Source of the DNA: an uncultured Candidatus Saccharibacteria bacterium
GTDB lineage: Bacteria; Patescibacteriota; Saccharimonadia; Saccharimonadales; CAYUUR01
Reading direction: 5' to 3'
Assembly: GCA_964448075.1 (NCBI GenBank)
Contig: CAYUUR010000003.1
Span: 133,610-197,609, forward strand
Length of the DNA: 64,000 nt
Shown here: positions 55,420-63,827 of the stretch, in pieces
How positions within the stretch are numbered: the first letter of the stretch is position 1
Layout: each line of letters starts with the position of its first letter
The notes under the pieces: model-generated
The model's input: the letters and a program-made list of their open reading frames with translations, nothing else
Database searches by the model: none
What the model was told of the DNA's origin: nothing
Program-made: the position numbers and the translations under genes

Positions 55420-55580
55420 GGAAACGGGTCAGGTATTCACCTGCTTGCTCCCTCAGGACGGGAAGGGCTGGGTTAGAACCAAGTTACAGGGGTGAAATGA
55501 AAGAACCGTCATTTCTGACGGTTCCAACATTGTAGCTTGTAATTGATACATTTCTTTCTTGGATGACCAAAGAGAGAAGT
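55420..55580 (-). repeat. F-type element: diverged copy of the region downstream of tRNA-Asn, with terminator hairpin
   Basis: cctgcttgctcc (55440-55451) is identical to 63312-63323. ggttagaaccaagttacaggggtga versus ggttcgaaccaaatcatcagaggtga. Hairpin gaaccgtca-tttc-tgacggttc at about 55503-55525. Confidence 0.5.
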
Positions 55581-55584
55581 TATT

Positions 55585-55660
55585 GCAGGTCTAGGAACTA
55601 GGTCTGCGTTTTTCTCTGCTTGGTCTGGCTCGGGAGACCGGACTCGAACCAACAATAGCT
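55585..55660 (-). repeat. diverged copy of the tRNA-Asn 3' half plus downstream spacer
   Basis: ctgcttggtctggctcgggagaccggactcgaaccaacaa versus tRNA locus gtgcttggtctggctcccggggtcggattcgaaccgacaa. No matching 5' acceptor strand. Confidence 0.6.
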
Positions 55661-55761
55661 ACCGCCGATTTTTATGCTCATTTTACCTTAGCTTACAACC
55701 GGCTATCAAAATATTTACTTCCTAAATAGACTCGGCAGAGGCGTTACGACTTTGTAGGATG

Positions 55762-56220
55762 TTAAATTTCTACAAAGTCATCTTCAGTTAATTGGCCAAT
55801 AAATCGTTTTGCCCAGATCACTGCTGTTTCGATTGTGTCAATTTTTGGACCAAATTCTTTTAGATCATCGAGCGCAACCCATTGATATTCGCTGTATTCA
55901 TCGTTGAGCTCTATGTCACCCTCAACGTATTTGCAAATATGATGCGGTAGTATCATCGATGAGCCGTCTTTTTTCTGGAAGTATGCGTTAAAAACTGGCA
56001 TAGCAGCAATTCTAATTTTTGCGCTTGCTCCAATCTCTTCAGTTTTCTCTCTCCGGATGCCATTAATAATGCCGCCATCGCTCGTTTCAATTTTACCTCC
56101 TATGAAGGAAAAGGTTCCATTGTAGTCCTGCTCTCCTTTACGCTTGGCAAGCAAGATCTTATCTAGAGTTTCATTGAAAACAACTAATTTTGGACAATAC
56201 TGGAAATACAATTTGTTCAT
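55762..56220 (-). CDS. NUDIX hydrolase
   Basis: GGKIETSDGGIINGIRREKTEEIG (NUDIX box variant); 152 aa. Confidence 0.75.
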   Translation of the reverse strand: MNKLYFQYCPKLVVFNETLDKILLAKRKGEQDYNGTFSFIGGKIETSDGGIINGIRREKTEEIGASAKIRIAAMPVFNAYFQKKDGSSMILPHHICKYVEGDIELNDEYSEYQWVALDDLKEFGPKIDTIETAVIWAKRFIGQLTEDDFVEI

Positions 56221-56780
56221 TCGGCGGATCCAATGATTCTATCGAACCGTGCTTTAACTGCCAGTTGGTCTACTTTTGAGATGGTTGCCTTAAATTCATT
56301 GCCACTTGGAGCTGTCCAAGATATTGTTTCGCCTGCCTTCGCGCCGTACAAATTTTTTGCCATTGGAGAGCTAGGAGTAACAATAGTCACATTATCTTCA
56401 GATGACATTCCTGGAATATGATGAGTGGCTAGGTCAAAAATTTCAGTATATCCATCATCTTCAACTGTATGAACCCTTGAGCCATATGTCGCAGTCTGCT
56501 CATTTGGATCAGGGTAGGGTATCTCGCCCCTATCCTCGATTTGGCGAGATAGTTTAATCATTGTTTGTAAGTGTTTTTCTTTCATGTGCGCTTCAACGGC
56601 TGCTATCTGCGATGCTGGGTCGTCAAACGCCCAATCACCACCACTTGAAGCCACGGCTTCCCCGTATTCCTTATTGGCATCACTTAATGCCTCAGTCGCA
56701 CGATGCACGGCGTTTAATACGAAGTGCACTTCATGCGGTAAAAAGCCTACTTCATTTTCGTTACTTAAAATCTCTCCCAT
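56217..56780 (-). CDS. GreA/GreB C-terminal-domain protein (Rnk-like)
   Basis: YGSRVHTVEDDG...VTIVTPSSPMAKNLYGAKAGETISWTAPSGNEFKATISKV matches the GreA C-terminal domain pattern. Confidence 0.5.
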   Translation of the reverse strand: MGEILSNENEVGFLPHEVHFVLNAVHRATEALSDANKEYGEAVASSGGDWAFDDPASQIAAVEAHMKEKHLQTMIKLSRQIEDRGEIPYPDPNEQTATYGSRVHTVEDDGYTEIFDLATHHIPGMSSEDNVTIVTPSSPMAKNLYGAKAGETISWTAPSGNEFKATISKVDQLAVKARFDRIIGSAE

Positions 56781-56797
56781 TAGTGTATATTATAACC

Positions 56798-58591
56798 TTA
56801 TCTCTTGCTTAGTGCAACAGGTTGAATACAATGACTCCCATCGACGTATATAGTAATACCTGAGGCGCCAGCATTGTAGGCCTCGCGGTATATTTCAGCT
56901 ACATCCTTGGTGCTGGAATCTGAAGGCATATTTATGGTTTTGGAAATGGCTTCATCGGTATATCTTTGTAAGGATGAGACCATGGCTAAATGATCTGAAG
57001 GATCTATGCCCTGAGCACAAGCGAGATATTCTTTAAATTCATCAAGGTCAGCATATTGTGTTAATTCATCTAGCCCCACTGCTTTTCCGGTAATTCTCAT
57101 GATATGTCTAGCCATTTCATGTCTGACGTTAGTATCTATTCTTTCAAGCGAGAAATGCGGCTCAACACCCGTTGACGCTCCATACACCAATGCGCTTCTG
57201 CCGGTTGGAGGCAGGGCAACGGTAGTTGTATTCCTTAGTAGTCTAGTTTCTTTAATTACGCGCCCCAGCCTTCTCCAGTCCAGGCAATCAACACTGTCGG
57301 TACTTTCATGATTACCATACATTGAACTAAGATAGTCATTGCTATCATAATATCGATTGCCAATTGGTTGCATCATTGATAGTGCTGGACCACGCTGTTT
57401 AGCAAGTTCTATCGATGCTAACTTAGAAGTATAGTTTATAAATGAAAGTATATTGGTAATCAGTTTTCTGGCTTCTTCAGACTCATAGCTAAGTCCAGCT
57501 ATACTAATCGCATCAGCGACTCCACTAAGCCCTATGCCGATCTTTCGTTTCTGTTGCATGACATGAGCACTCAGTGGGGTTAAGTAGCGGTCAATGCTTA
57601 TCGACAATGCATTATCAAGTGCACGCGTAAGAACCTCTGTGGTTTCTTTCAGGTCGTCATAGTTTATTTCTGGACCTTCCCCTCGATTCTTGATGAATTT
57701 ACATGCATTTATATATCCAAATTGGCATGATTCTCCTTCAACGAGCCCAACTTCTGCACAGGGTGCAGTAGTTTTATAGCTACCAATGCCTGGTATAGGA
57801 TTTCGTGCATTCATTCTATCAAGAAAAATCAGACCGGGATCCGCGCACCTTGTTGCTGCTTCACAGATTCCTTCAAATATTTCAGCCGCGCCTGCTCGCG
57901 AACCATCCAAGAGCTCAATTTCACCGTTCATATCTAGATGAGCAAAGAATCTATCGTCAAGATCAACCGATATATTAAACTTCCATACCTTAGACCCGTC
58001 GGCACTGTCAGTTTTGCATCTGATAAAATCCATTATTTTTGGGTGATAAACACTTAGAACCGCCATATTACCCACAGGACGATTTTCTTCTTCTCTTTTT
58101 GAGCCTTCCAAAGCAAAATCATTAAGCATTTTCAGCATTGAGACTGGGTCTTTCAAAGAGTTGAGGTCAAATCCCGTGCCCATGCCTTGCTGGTGCAGGG
58201 TATCAATCTCATTTCTCAACATATCAGGATCGCATTGTGTAAGGTCGGAGGTAGGCATAGTACACGCACCAAGTGGCCTGTCAAAATACCTGCCAGCATT
58301 AGTCATGATTGTTGTACTCATAATAATTCGGCCGTCGTCCATTCTCTCACCCAATTTTTGAGCGAATTGTTGAGTTTCGGGGCCAGTTGAAAAACTTGAC
58401 TCCTCATGGGCTAGCGTAGATACAACTCGCTCAACCATATCTGATCCAGACTCAAGCTCATTAATAATTTTGCCTTTCCTCAGGAGGTTAAGAGCTTCAC
58501 TGTTTGGCGTAAAGCTAGACTCGTACACTTTAAGCTCCCCGGATTTCACTATCAAAAACTCGCCGCATTTGCTGATCCCAATATTCAGCAT
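56798..58591 (-). CDS. nrdJ: class II (adenosylcobalamin-dependent) ribonucleotide reductase, short form
   Basis: TNAGR, MAVLSVYHPKIMDFI, TTAPCAEVGL...ESCQFGYIN, TVALPPTGR. The start is uncertain: ATG 58591 overlaps the upstream gene by 62 nt; the alternative GTG at 58549 overlaps by 20 nt. Confidence 0.8.
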   Translation of the reverse strand: MLNIGISKCGEFLIVKSGELKVYESSFTPNSEALNLLRKGKIINELESGSDMVERVVSTLAHEESSFSTGPETQQFAQKLGERMDDGRIIMSTTIMTNAGRYFDRPLGACTMPTSDLTQCDPDMLRNEIDTLHQQGMGTGFDLNSLKDPVSMLKMLNDFALEGSKREEENRPVGNMAVLSVYHPKIMDFIRCKTDSADGSKVWKFNISVDLDDRFFAHLDMNGEIELLDGSRAGAAEIFEGICEAATRCADPGLIFLDRMNARNPIPGIGSYKTTAPCAEVGLVEGESCQFGYINACKFIKNRGEGPEINYDDLKETTEVLTRALDNALSISIDRYLTPLSAHVMQQKRKIGIGLSGVADAISIAGLSYESEEARKLITNILSFINYTSKLASIELAKQRGPALSMMQPIGNRYYDSNDYLSSMYGNHESTDSVDCLDWRRLGRVIKETRLLRNTTTVALPPTGRSALVYGASTGVEPHFSLERIDTNVRHEMARHIMRITGKAVGLDELTQYADLDEFKEYLACAQGIDPSDHLAMVSSLQRYTDEAISKTINMPSDSSTKDVAEIYREAYNAGASGITIYVDGSHCIQPVALSKR

Positions 58592-59099
58592 TTACTATCG
58601 GTACGCTACCGTCAACTCGAATGTCGGCCATCGTGATTACATTCGCTAGCCGTTGATCAGTGCTACTCGCACGCATGTCTTCATCATCTAATCTGTGGAA
58701 ATTTTTGGCATCTTGTTCGTCTGAAGATCGCGAACGACCCGTTGCTCTACTGATCCTGATATTATCTGACGTATCAACATGCACAATTACACTCTTCCGT
58801 AAACCACGAAGGGTAATTACTTCTTCAACAACATATAAGCCACTTACTATCACTAGTTCATCATCAGGTATATGATCAATGCTTTGTCTAAGTAAGTAGT
58901 CGTTCCCGTTCTCTTGTCTTAATTTTGCAGCAGTTTTGCGAGTGAGGTCTCTTGTAGGCTCACCAAGGTTATTCTCTTGAATATAACGCCTAGCGATATC
59001 AGATGTTGTCACCAACGAGCCACCTTTTCTGTCTTGGATAAACTTACCAAAACTATCCTTACCGCTAGCTAATCCACCAACTAAGCCTATCGCTTCCAT
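58530..59099 (-). CDS. P-loop NMP/dNMP-kinase-like protein
   Basis: Start moved to MEAIGLVGGLASGKDS (GxxGKD P-loop). Same architecture as 41641-42237. Confidence 0.55.
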   Translation of the reverse strand: MEAIGLVGGLASGKDSFGKFIQDRKGGSLVTTSDIARRYIQENNLGEPTRDLTRKTAAKLRQENGNDYLLRQSIDHIPDDELVIVSGLYVVEEVITLRGLRKSVIVHVDTSDNIRISRATGRSRSSDEQDAKNFHRLDDEDMRASSTDQRLANVITMADIRVDGSVPIVNAEYWDQQMRRVFDSEIRGA

Positions 59100-59165
59100 A
59101 TACGTATAATAATGTATACACATATATGTGTCAATATAAGTACGGTGTGCTATAATTACATCCGT

Positions 59166-59738
59166 ATGAAGGTGTATTTTTCTACCTCTGCAAGTTCAAT
59201 TGACAAGAATATTGATGACTGCAGAATTATTATCTCAGCAATTAAAAAACTTGGTCATGAACTTGTCCGAGATTGGGTTGAGCGTGCCTATACACAAAAA
59301 ATCAAAGGCCACCATTATTCTGAAAATGAGTCAAAGAAAATCTATCAAGACAACCTGAGGGCACTGAAGGAATCAGACGTAATCATTCTTGAGGCTACCA
59401 GTCATACATTTAACACGGGTTATCTTGCCAGTCTAGCAATAAGCCTACAAAAACCATTGTTAATATTGACGAAAGATTCCACGCAGATGACATCCTTTCT
59501 CATGGGTGAAACTACAACCCTGAAATACGTTGAATCTTATTCTGACGCTTCTGATCTCAAATCAATAATTTCTTCATTTCTTGCTGAGAACTCTAACAAT
59601 ACAAAAGATGTTAGGTTCAATATGTATATCGGACGAAATATCAGCAACTTCTTAAAACGAGAAGCAAAAACTAAAGGCAAATCAAAAGCGCAAATTGTTA
59701 GAGAAATACTAGAAACGCATATAGCAAATAAGTCATAA
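59166..59738 (+). CDS. nucleoside 2-deoxyribosyltransferase-like protein with C-terminal ribbon-helix-helix-like tail
   Basis: Start moved to MKVYFSTS. Flavodoxin-like NDT pattern (KVYF..., SDVIILEAT), tail KSKAQIVREILETHI. Assignment tentative. Confidence 0.4.
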   Translation: MKVYFSTSASSIDKNIDDCRIIISAIKKLGHELVRDWVERAYTQKIKGHHYSENESKKIYQDNLRALKESDVIILEATSHTFNTGYLASLAISLQKPLLILTKDSTQMTSFLMGETTTLKYVESYSDASDLKSIISSFLAENSNNTKDVRFNMYIGRNISNFLKREAKTKGKSKAQIVREILETHIANKS

Positions 59739-59775
59739 CAGCTCTGTGAGTCAAATCTCTTCACTTGCAAAATTA

Positions 59776-59860
59776 GCGACCGACCATGGAACCCGGTCTA
59801 CCTCTGTTAATGCTTGGCTCTCCCTAGTGGACGTACTTCGTTACTTTGAAGTCGAAAGCA
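59776..59860 (-). repeat. diverged copy of the tRNA-Asn 3' end plus downstream spacer
   Basis: ccggtctacctctgtt (59793-59808) is identical to 63501-63516, followed by tgcttggctc...; the remainder is degenerate. Confidence 0.6.
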
Positions 59861-59866
59861 CGCAGT

Positions 59867-60250
59867 CTATTCAACTCCAGTTATCTGACCCTTTTCGTTT
59901 GTTTGGTAGACTCCCTTAGACAGGTCTACGAGTGTTAGAGTGTTGCCGAATGGGTCTTGGATTACAGACATTTTGCCTACGGGAATGTCTTCCGGTGGTA
60001 CGAGTATCTTTCCTCCGGCTTCCTGGATTACCTTAACTGCATCCTGAACAGAATCGACGAGGATGTCTGTTTCCGGGTCTAATGTAGTACTCATAACGAG
60101 CTCGCAGTCGCCTAGTTTTACGGCTGCCTGATCGTCTTTTCGCCAACGCAGTTCATGCCCAAGCTTTTCACAATAAAACGCGAGTCCTTCGTCGATGCTT
60201 GGAACTCTCACCAAAACGGCATCTACTTTATTGAATAATGGCATGCTCAT
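59867..60250 (-). CDS. VOC/glyoxalase-family protein
   Basis: 127 aa; LVRVPSIDEGLAFYCEKLGHEL...VIQDPFGNTLTLVD. Confidence 0.7.
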   Translation of the reverse strand: MSMPLFNKVDAVLVRVPSIDEGLAFYCEKLGHELRWRKDDQAAVKLGDCELVMSTTLDPETDILVDSVQDAVKVIQEAGGKILVPPEDIPVGKMSVIQDPFGNTLTLVDLSKGVYQTNEKGQITGVE

Positions 60251-60306
60251 ATTGTATCAGCAGTTTGAGTTCGAAGTGCGTCCGTTAGCCCCACTCAAAC
60301 AACAAA

Positions 60307-60368
60307 CAGAGGCCGATGACCTCTGTTAATTAAGTTCGAAACTTGGCTCCGGGGAAAGGATTCGACTC
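60307..60368 (-). repeat. terminator hairpin plus degenerate tRNA-Asn-like 3' remnant
   Basis: cagagg-ccgatga-cctctg (60307-60325), then ...cttggctccggggaaaggattcgactc (tggctc at 60344). An inverted 10-mer gagccagacc lies at 60501-60510. Confidence 0.5.
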
Positions 60369-60588
60369 GTTCTGCTCACTCGGCAGCATTTTGCCAAAGC
60401 AAAATGCTCGTTCGGCCAAGCAGTGTTTCCTTAAACTGCCATTCAAGGGAGTTCTCGCCTCTCGGTTCGAATCGTTCATCTCAACAAACCAAAAGAAAAC
60501 GAGCCAGACCTTCGCTTAAATACTTTACATATGCTTTCGGTGGTTAGTGAATCGCTAATTGTAACGTGAGACACATATCTAGTATAGA

Positions 60589-61182
60589 TCAGCGAAGCGC
60601 GCGTCGTTTCAACCATCTTACAGACGCGTATATTACACACAGGCCAGCTAGTACCAATGCGCCAATTATTACAGTGTCTCTTGGGTTTACTTCTCTAGAC
60701 CCGCTAACGCTCGCTAGAATATTACTCAGTAGTACTAATAGGAGAACGCTGATTATGGAGCCTAAAATAATAAGCATTACTGCTGCTGTTGTGCTATTCG
60801 CATTGTTATAAATCGACATATCTACCGGTACGCCAAGATCGTGCAATTGTTTTGCCCAACTGATGAACCCTGATGATTTGAGATCATACTCACGGATGGC
60901 TGGATTGCTCCCGGTAGTAGCGCCGAGAAATGCTCCTGTATTGTCGCCCTTGACTGATTTAATGACATTACGATCAAATGATACTTTGTATTTTTTGCTG
61001 GCAGCTATGATTTTTAATGCCTGGCCTCGCTGCTTGACTTTGTTGATCTCTTTGATAGCTAAGTTAAAAACGGGTCCTTCACTGGTTAATAATTCGATAC
61101 TCTCTCCGCTTAGCCTGAGCGTTCCAAGTGTATATTTGGCGCCAAGTCCCTGCGTGAAAGCGACGGTTTGGGGTTCTGGCAT
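60589..61182 (-). CDS. hypothetical membrane protein (N-terminal soluble PH/GRAM-like part, two C-terminal TM helices)
   Basis: 197-aa ORF; hydrophobic C-terminal half. Confidence 0.5.
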   Translation of the reverse strand: MPEPQTVAFTQGLGAKYTLGTLRLSGESIELLTSEGPVFNLAIKEINKVKQRGQALKIIAASKKYKVSFDRNVIKSVKGDNTGAFLGATTGSNPAIREYDLKSSGFISWAKQLHDLGVPVDMSIYNNANSTTAAVMLIILGSIISVLLLVLLSNILASVSGSREVNPRDTVIIGALVLAGLCVIYASVRWLKRRALR

Positions 61183-61242
61183 GTGTATTTTCCTTTGCTA
61201 CTAGTTTATAACCATACTAACACTTCAGGGTAGGGCAGTCTA

Positions 61243-61440
61243 CTTGCCCCCTGTGCATGTGTAACGGCACGCTGTCGAATCGTAGTTCTGTGCGCAGCCT
61301 GATTGACCGAACCTTCGACTTTCGCCAGCGAGCTGGCGAATCGAAGAACCGACCCATCGCCGAAGCCATATAAAAACAGCCCTCAAATGAGGACTGTTTT
61401 TATATGGCTCCGGGAACTGGACTCGAACTTTTGACACATA
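61243..61440 (-). repeat. E-type element (apical core deleted), terminator, and degenerate tRNA-Asn-like 3' remnant
   Basis: tRNA-sense order: ...GTTCGAGTCCAGTTCCCGGAGCCA (tggctc at 61405), terminator aaaaacagccctca-aat-gaggactgttttt (61372-61400), then GGGTCGGTTCTTCGATTCGCCAGC..GCTGGCGAAAGTCGAAGGTTCGGTCAATCAGGCTGCGCAC. Confidence 0.5.
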
Positions 61441-61495
61441 CCAGCTCACCTAACAGTGGTCAGATGTTAGTAGTTTAGCTTGGTTCGATTGTGAG

Positions 61496-62422
61496 TCAAG
61501 CTAATTGTCGGTCATTCAAAGTAGTTATGAATCTTGACTTGAATGCCTCCTCCGGTATAGACGTAACGCGTTCGGCGTTTGGCTTTTTGCTGTCTGGCAC
61601 AGGCCTTTTGTCAATAATCGTCATGCCTCGTGTATAGTCCCCCTTCGTCTCAAGTTCGATATTTATCTCTTGTGTTGAACATTTTTTAGGCTCAAGAAGA
61701 TAGTAGGCTGCCAGCACGTCGTACATCAATGCCCCTTCTGACGCCATGTCCTTCTTGAGGCTCTCTATGTATGGACGATTCATCGCAATCAGAGCCTTTC
61801 GCAGAGAAGAATCGTTTATCTGCTCGAAATCCGTGAGCTTGAGCTGAATGTGATTGCACGCATCAAGCGGCACGAATACCTTTTTAACAGGCAAGTCTAG
61901 CACAATTGATGCTGCCTCAGGATCGACAAACATATTGAATTCAGCGACACGATTCTTATTCCCTGCCACCTCAAAGGCACCACCCATTATCACAATCTGA
62001 TGTACTCTCTTCATTGTCACGGGATCACGCATGATTGCCCTGGCAATATTTGTTAACGGTCCAAGGGTGAGTAGTGTCACTGGCTCTGAAGATTGCTTTA
62101 CGGTGTCTACAATTTTTTCAGCGGCATTATTAGTCAACGCGTCTTCAGTATTTTTTAAATCCACTCCATCTAGGCCGCTTTCTCCGTGCACAACTGCCTG
62201 TATAAGTTTACGCTCCAAGGGTTTTGCTGCTCCGGAATATAGTGGTATGTCTTTTCTCCCGAGAAGCCTCAGTATATAAGCGGCATTCCGGGTTGTATTT
62301 TCAATAGTTGAGTTTCCCGCCACAGTAGTAATGGCGGCAACATCTATGCGCGGGCTCTTAAGCAACAACATTAACGCCATTGCATCGTCTTGTCCGGGGT
62401 CGGTATCAATGATTACTTTCAT
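61496..62422 (-). CDS. nucleoside hydrolase (IUNH family)
   Basis: KVIIDTDPGQDDAMAL (DxDxxxDD), 308 aa. Confidence 0.88.
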   Translation of the reverse strand: MKVIIDTDPGQDDAMALMLLLKSPRIDVAAITTVAGNSTIENTTRNAAYILRLLGRKDIPLYSGAAKPLERKLIQAVVHGESGLDGVDLKNTEDALTNNAAEKIVDTVKQSSEPVTLLTLGPLTNIARAIMRDPVTMKRVHQIVIMGGAFEVAGNKNRVAEFNMFVDPEAASIVLDLPVKKVFVPLDACNHIQLKLTDFEQINDSSLRKALIAMNRPYIESLKKDMASEGALMYDVLAAYYLLEPKKCSTQEINIELETKGDYTRGMTIIDKRPVPDSKKPNAERVTSIPEEAFKSRFITTLNDRQLA

Positions 62423-63084
62423 ACTAGGTTCCTCTCTTTGATTATTTCTAAAATTCCTTTGAGCGATGTTGCTGAAAAGTCAGCATCGAGTCGCTCCGGT
62501 CCAATTAGTGCCGTCTGCATGCCGATCGATTTCGCCGGAATAATGTCCGAATGGTTTTGATCACCAATTGACAAACAAGCTTCCGGCCTAGTCTCCATTT
62601 TTGCAGCGACATGTCGGAAGATTGCTGGGTTTGGTTTACGCAAATCAGGTTCGCCGGTATAGACTTGGCTGCCGAACACATCGCTTACCTCCAGATATTC
62701 GAGGACAAGGTCAACCCATACTTTGGGAGCTGCGCTAAGGAGCGCTGCTCTACCTGCGAATGGTGTAAGCATGTTTACTAAGTTGGGGTTTGCGCCTATG
62801 TAATTCTCTGGTGGTTGACTCCAGGTTGCATCAAAGAGGTCATAGCGATCGATGCCATAATCCTTTTCGAGCCCAAGACTCAGTTCACCTGAGTATCTTT
62901 CCATAATCTGATTAAAAATTTCTGAAGCTTCGTCTTGGTTGATGCCAAGCTGCTCACCAATAAATGTTCTCGTATTAGACATCAGGTCGGCACAAAAACG
63001 TGATGCACCAAAACTGGTCCCTGGAATTCCGTCCAGATCATATAATGTACCGTCAAGGTCAAAAATAAACTTTGTTTCCGTCAT
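62419..63084 (-). CDS. HAD-superfamily phosphatase (pyrimidine 5'-nucleotidase-like)
   Basis: FIFDLDGTLY motif I, SAAPK, GDQNHSDI motif IV. 4-nt overlap with the nucleoside hydrolase gene. Confidence 0.75.
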   Translation of the reverse strand: MTETKFIFDLDGTLYDLDGIPGTSFGASRFCADLMSNTRTFIGEQLGINQDEASEIFNQIMERYSGELSLGLEKDYGIDRYDLFDATWSQPPENYIGANPNLVNMLTPFAGRAALLSAAPKVWVDLVLEYLEVSDVFGSQVYTGEPDLRKPNPAIFRHVAAKMETRPEACLSIGDQNHSDIIPAKSIGMQTALIGPERLDADFSATSLKGILEIIKERNLV

Positions 63085-63100
63085 GATTTTCTCCTCAATT

Positions 63101-63128
63101 AAAAAAGCCTCCTGAAAAAGGAGGCCTG
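63101..63128 (-). terminator. terminator hairpin immediately upstream of the HAD gene RBS
   Basis: Minus strand: AGGCCTCC-TTTTTC-AGGAGGC-TTTTTT followed by GAGGAGAAAATC ATG. Confidence 0.55.
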
Positions 63129-63280
63129 AAAGATTAAATTTCTAAATAACTAGCTAACAAGCCTCCGAATGTAGGTGGCGATGCCAAGTCGTGTTAGAAA
63201 TTAGCTTAAACATAATTTTTACTATAGCATTTAATTGATAATATGCAAGAATAGATAACAAACTCCGTGATGATTATGAT

Positions 63281-63526
63281 GGGAAGGTCACCGAACCCGG
63301 TCGCAATCTTCCCTGCTTGCTCCTCATATAGAGAACCGGTAAGGTTCGAACCAAATCATCAGAGGTGATTTGGTTCATCTCTCCCCTCTTTTCTGGTTCG
63401 AATGCTTACATCACAATACTGTATTTTAGGGAAACCGGTCTCGAACTAGTTAACAGATAAGAAGTAGTTTGACAGAAATAGAAAAACCGGTCACAGGAAA
63501 CCGGTCTACCTCTGTTGTGCTTGGTC
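63281..63526 (-). repeat. F-type element and spacer/terminator downstream of tRNA-Asn (tRNA-fragment-rich)
   Basis: Contains several GGTTCGAA-type T-loop fragments in both orientations, an 11-bp hairpin gaaccaaatca-tcagag-gtgatttggttc, the block shared with 55420-55580, and the ACCGGT..ACCGGT-TTTT terminator at about 63485-63510. Confidence 0.5.
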
Positions 63527-63601
63527 TGGCTCCCGGGGTCGGATTCGAACCGACAACCTCGAAGTTAACAGCTTCTTGCTCCACCATTGAGCTACCCGGG
63601 A
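63527..63601 (-). tRNA. tRNA-Asn(GTT), CCA encoded
   Basis: Reverse complement TCCCGGGTAGCTCAATGGTGGAGCAAGAAGCTGTTAACTTCGAGGTTGTCGGTTCGAATCCGACCCCGGGAGCCA; anticodon loop CTGTTAA. Confidence 0.9.
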
Positions 63602-63827
63602 TTAATTATGAGACACCCATTCTGGGTTTCTCTTCGCGCGGGGCAAAAAATGTGATTTTTGCTCCGGCTGCTCTTTCCAGTCTAGCTTAGACTGGAAGTT
63701 GCTCACGAACGAAGGCATTATACCGAAGATAATTACTTGAAACAAGCGAATACGACAGGATGTTGGTGTGCACCCAAATTATTACTGTGCGCCAACTATT
63801 GCTATACTGCCACTGAAACGAGCAACA

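Larger units (their letters stand above)
37600..63526 (-). mobile_element. AT-rich accretion region downstream of tRNA-Asn, subdivided by tRNA-Asn 3'-end remnants (boundaries approximate)
   Basis: By-eye drop in GC relative to 1-37.5 kb. tggctc-type remnants at 39064, 55626, 59815, 60344 and 61405 plus the intact tRNA at 63527. Accessory cargo. Truncated ARH gene at the left edge. Confidence 0.5.

Noticed and set aside
60262-60299. tmRNA-like 5' end on the minus strand (GGGGCTAACGGACGCACTTCGAAC).
   Set aside because: It is just the loop and stem of a 38-nt hairpin (GTTTGAGT...ACTCAAAC) directly upstream of the VOC gene. There is no tag-reading frame, no pseudoknots and no matching tRNA-Ala-like 3' end at an appropriate distance.
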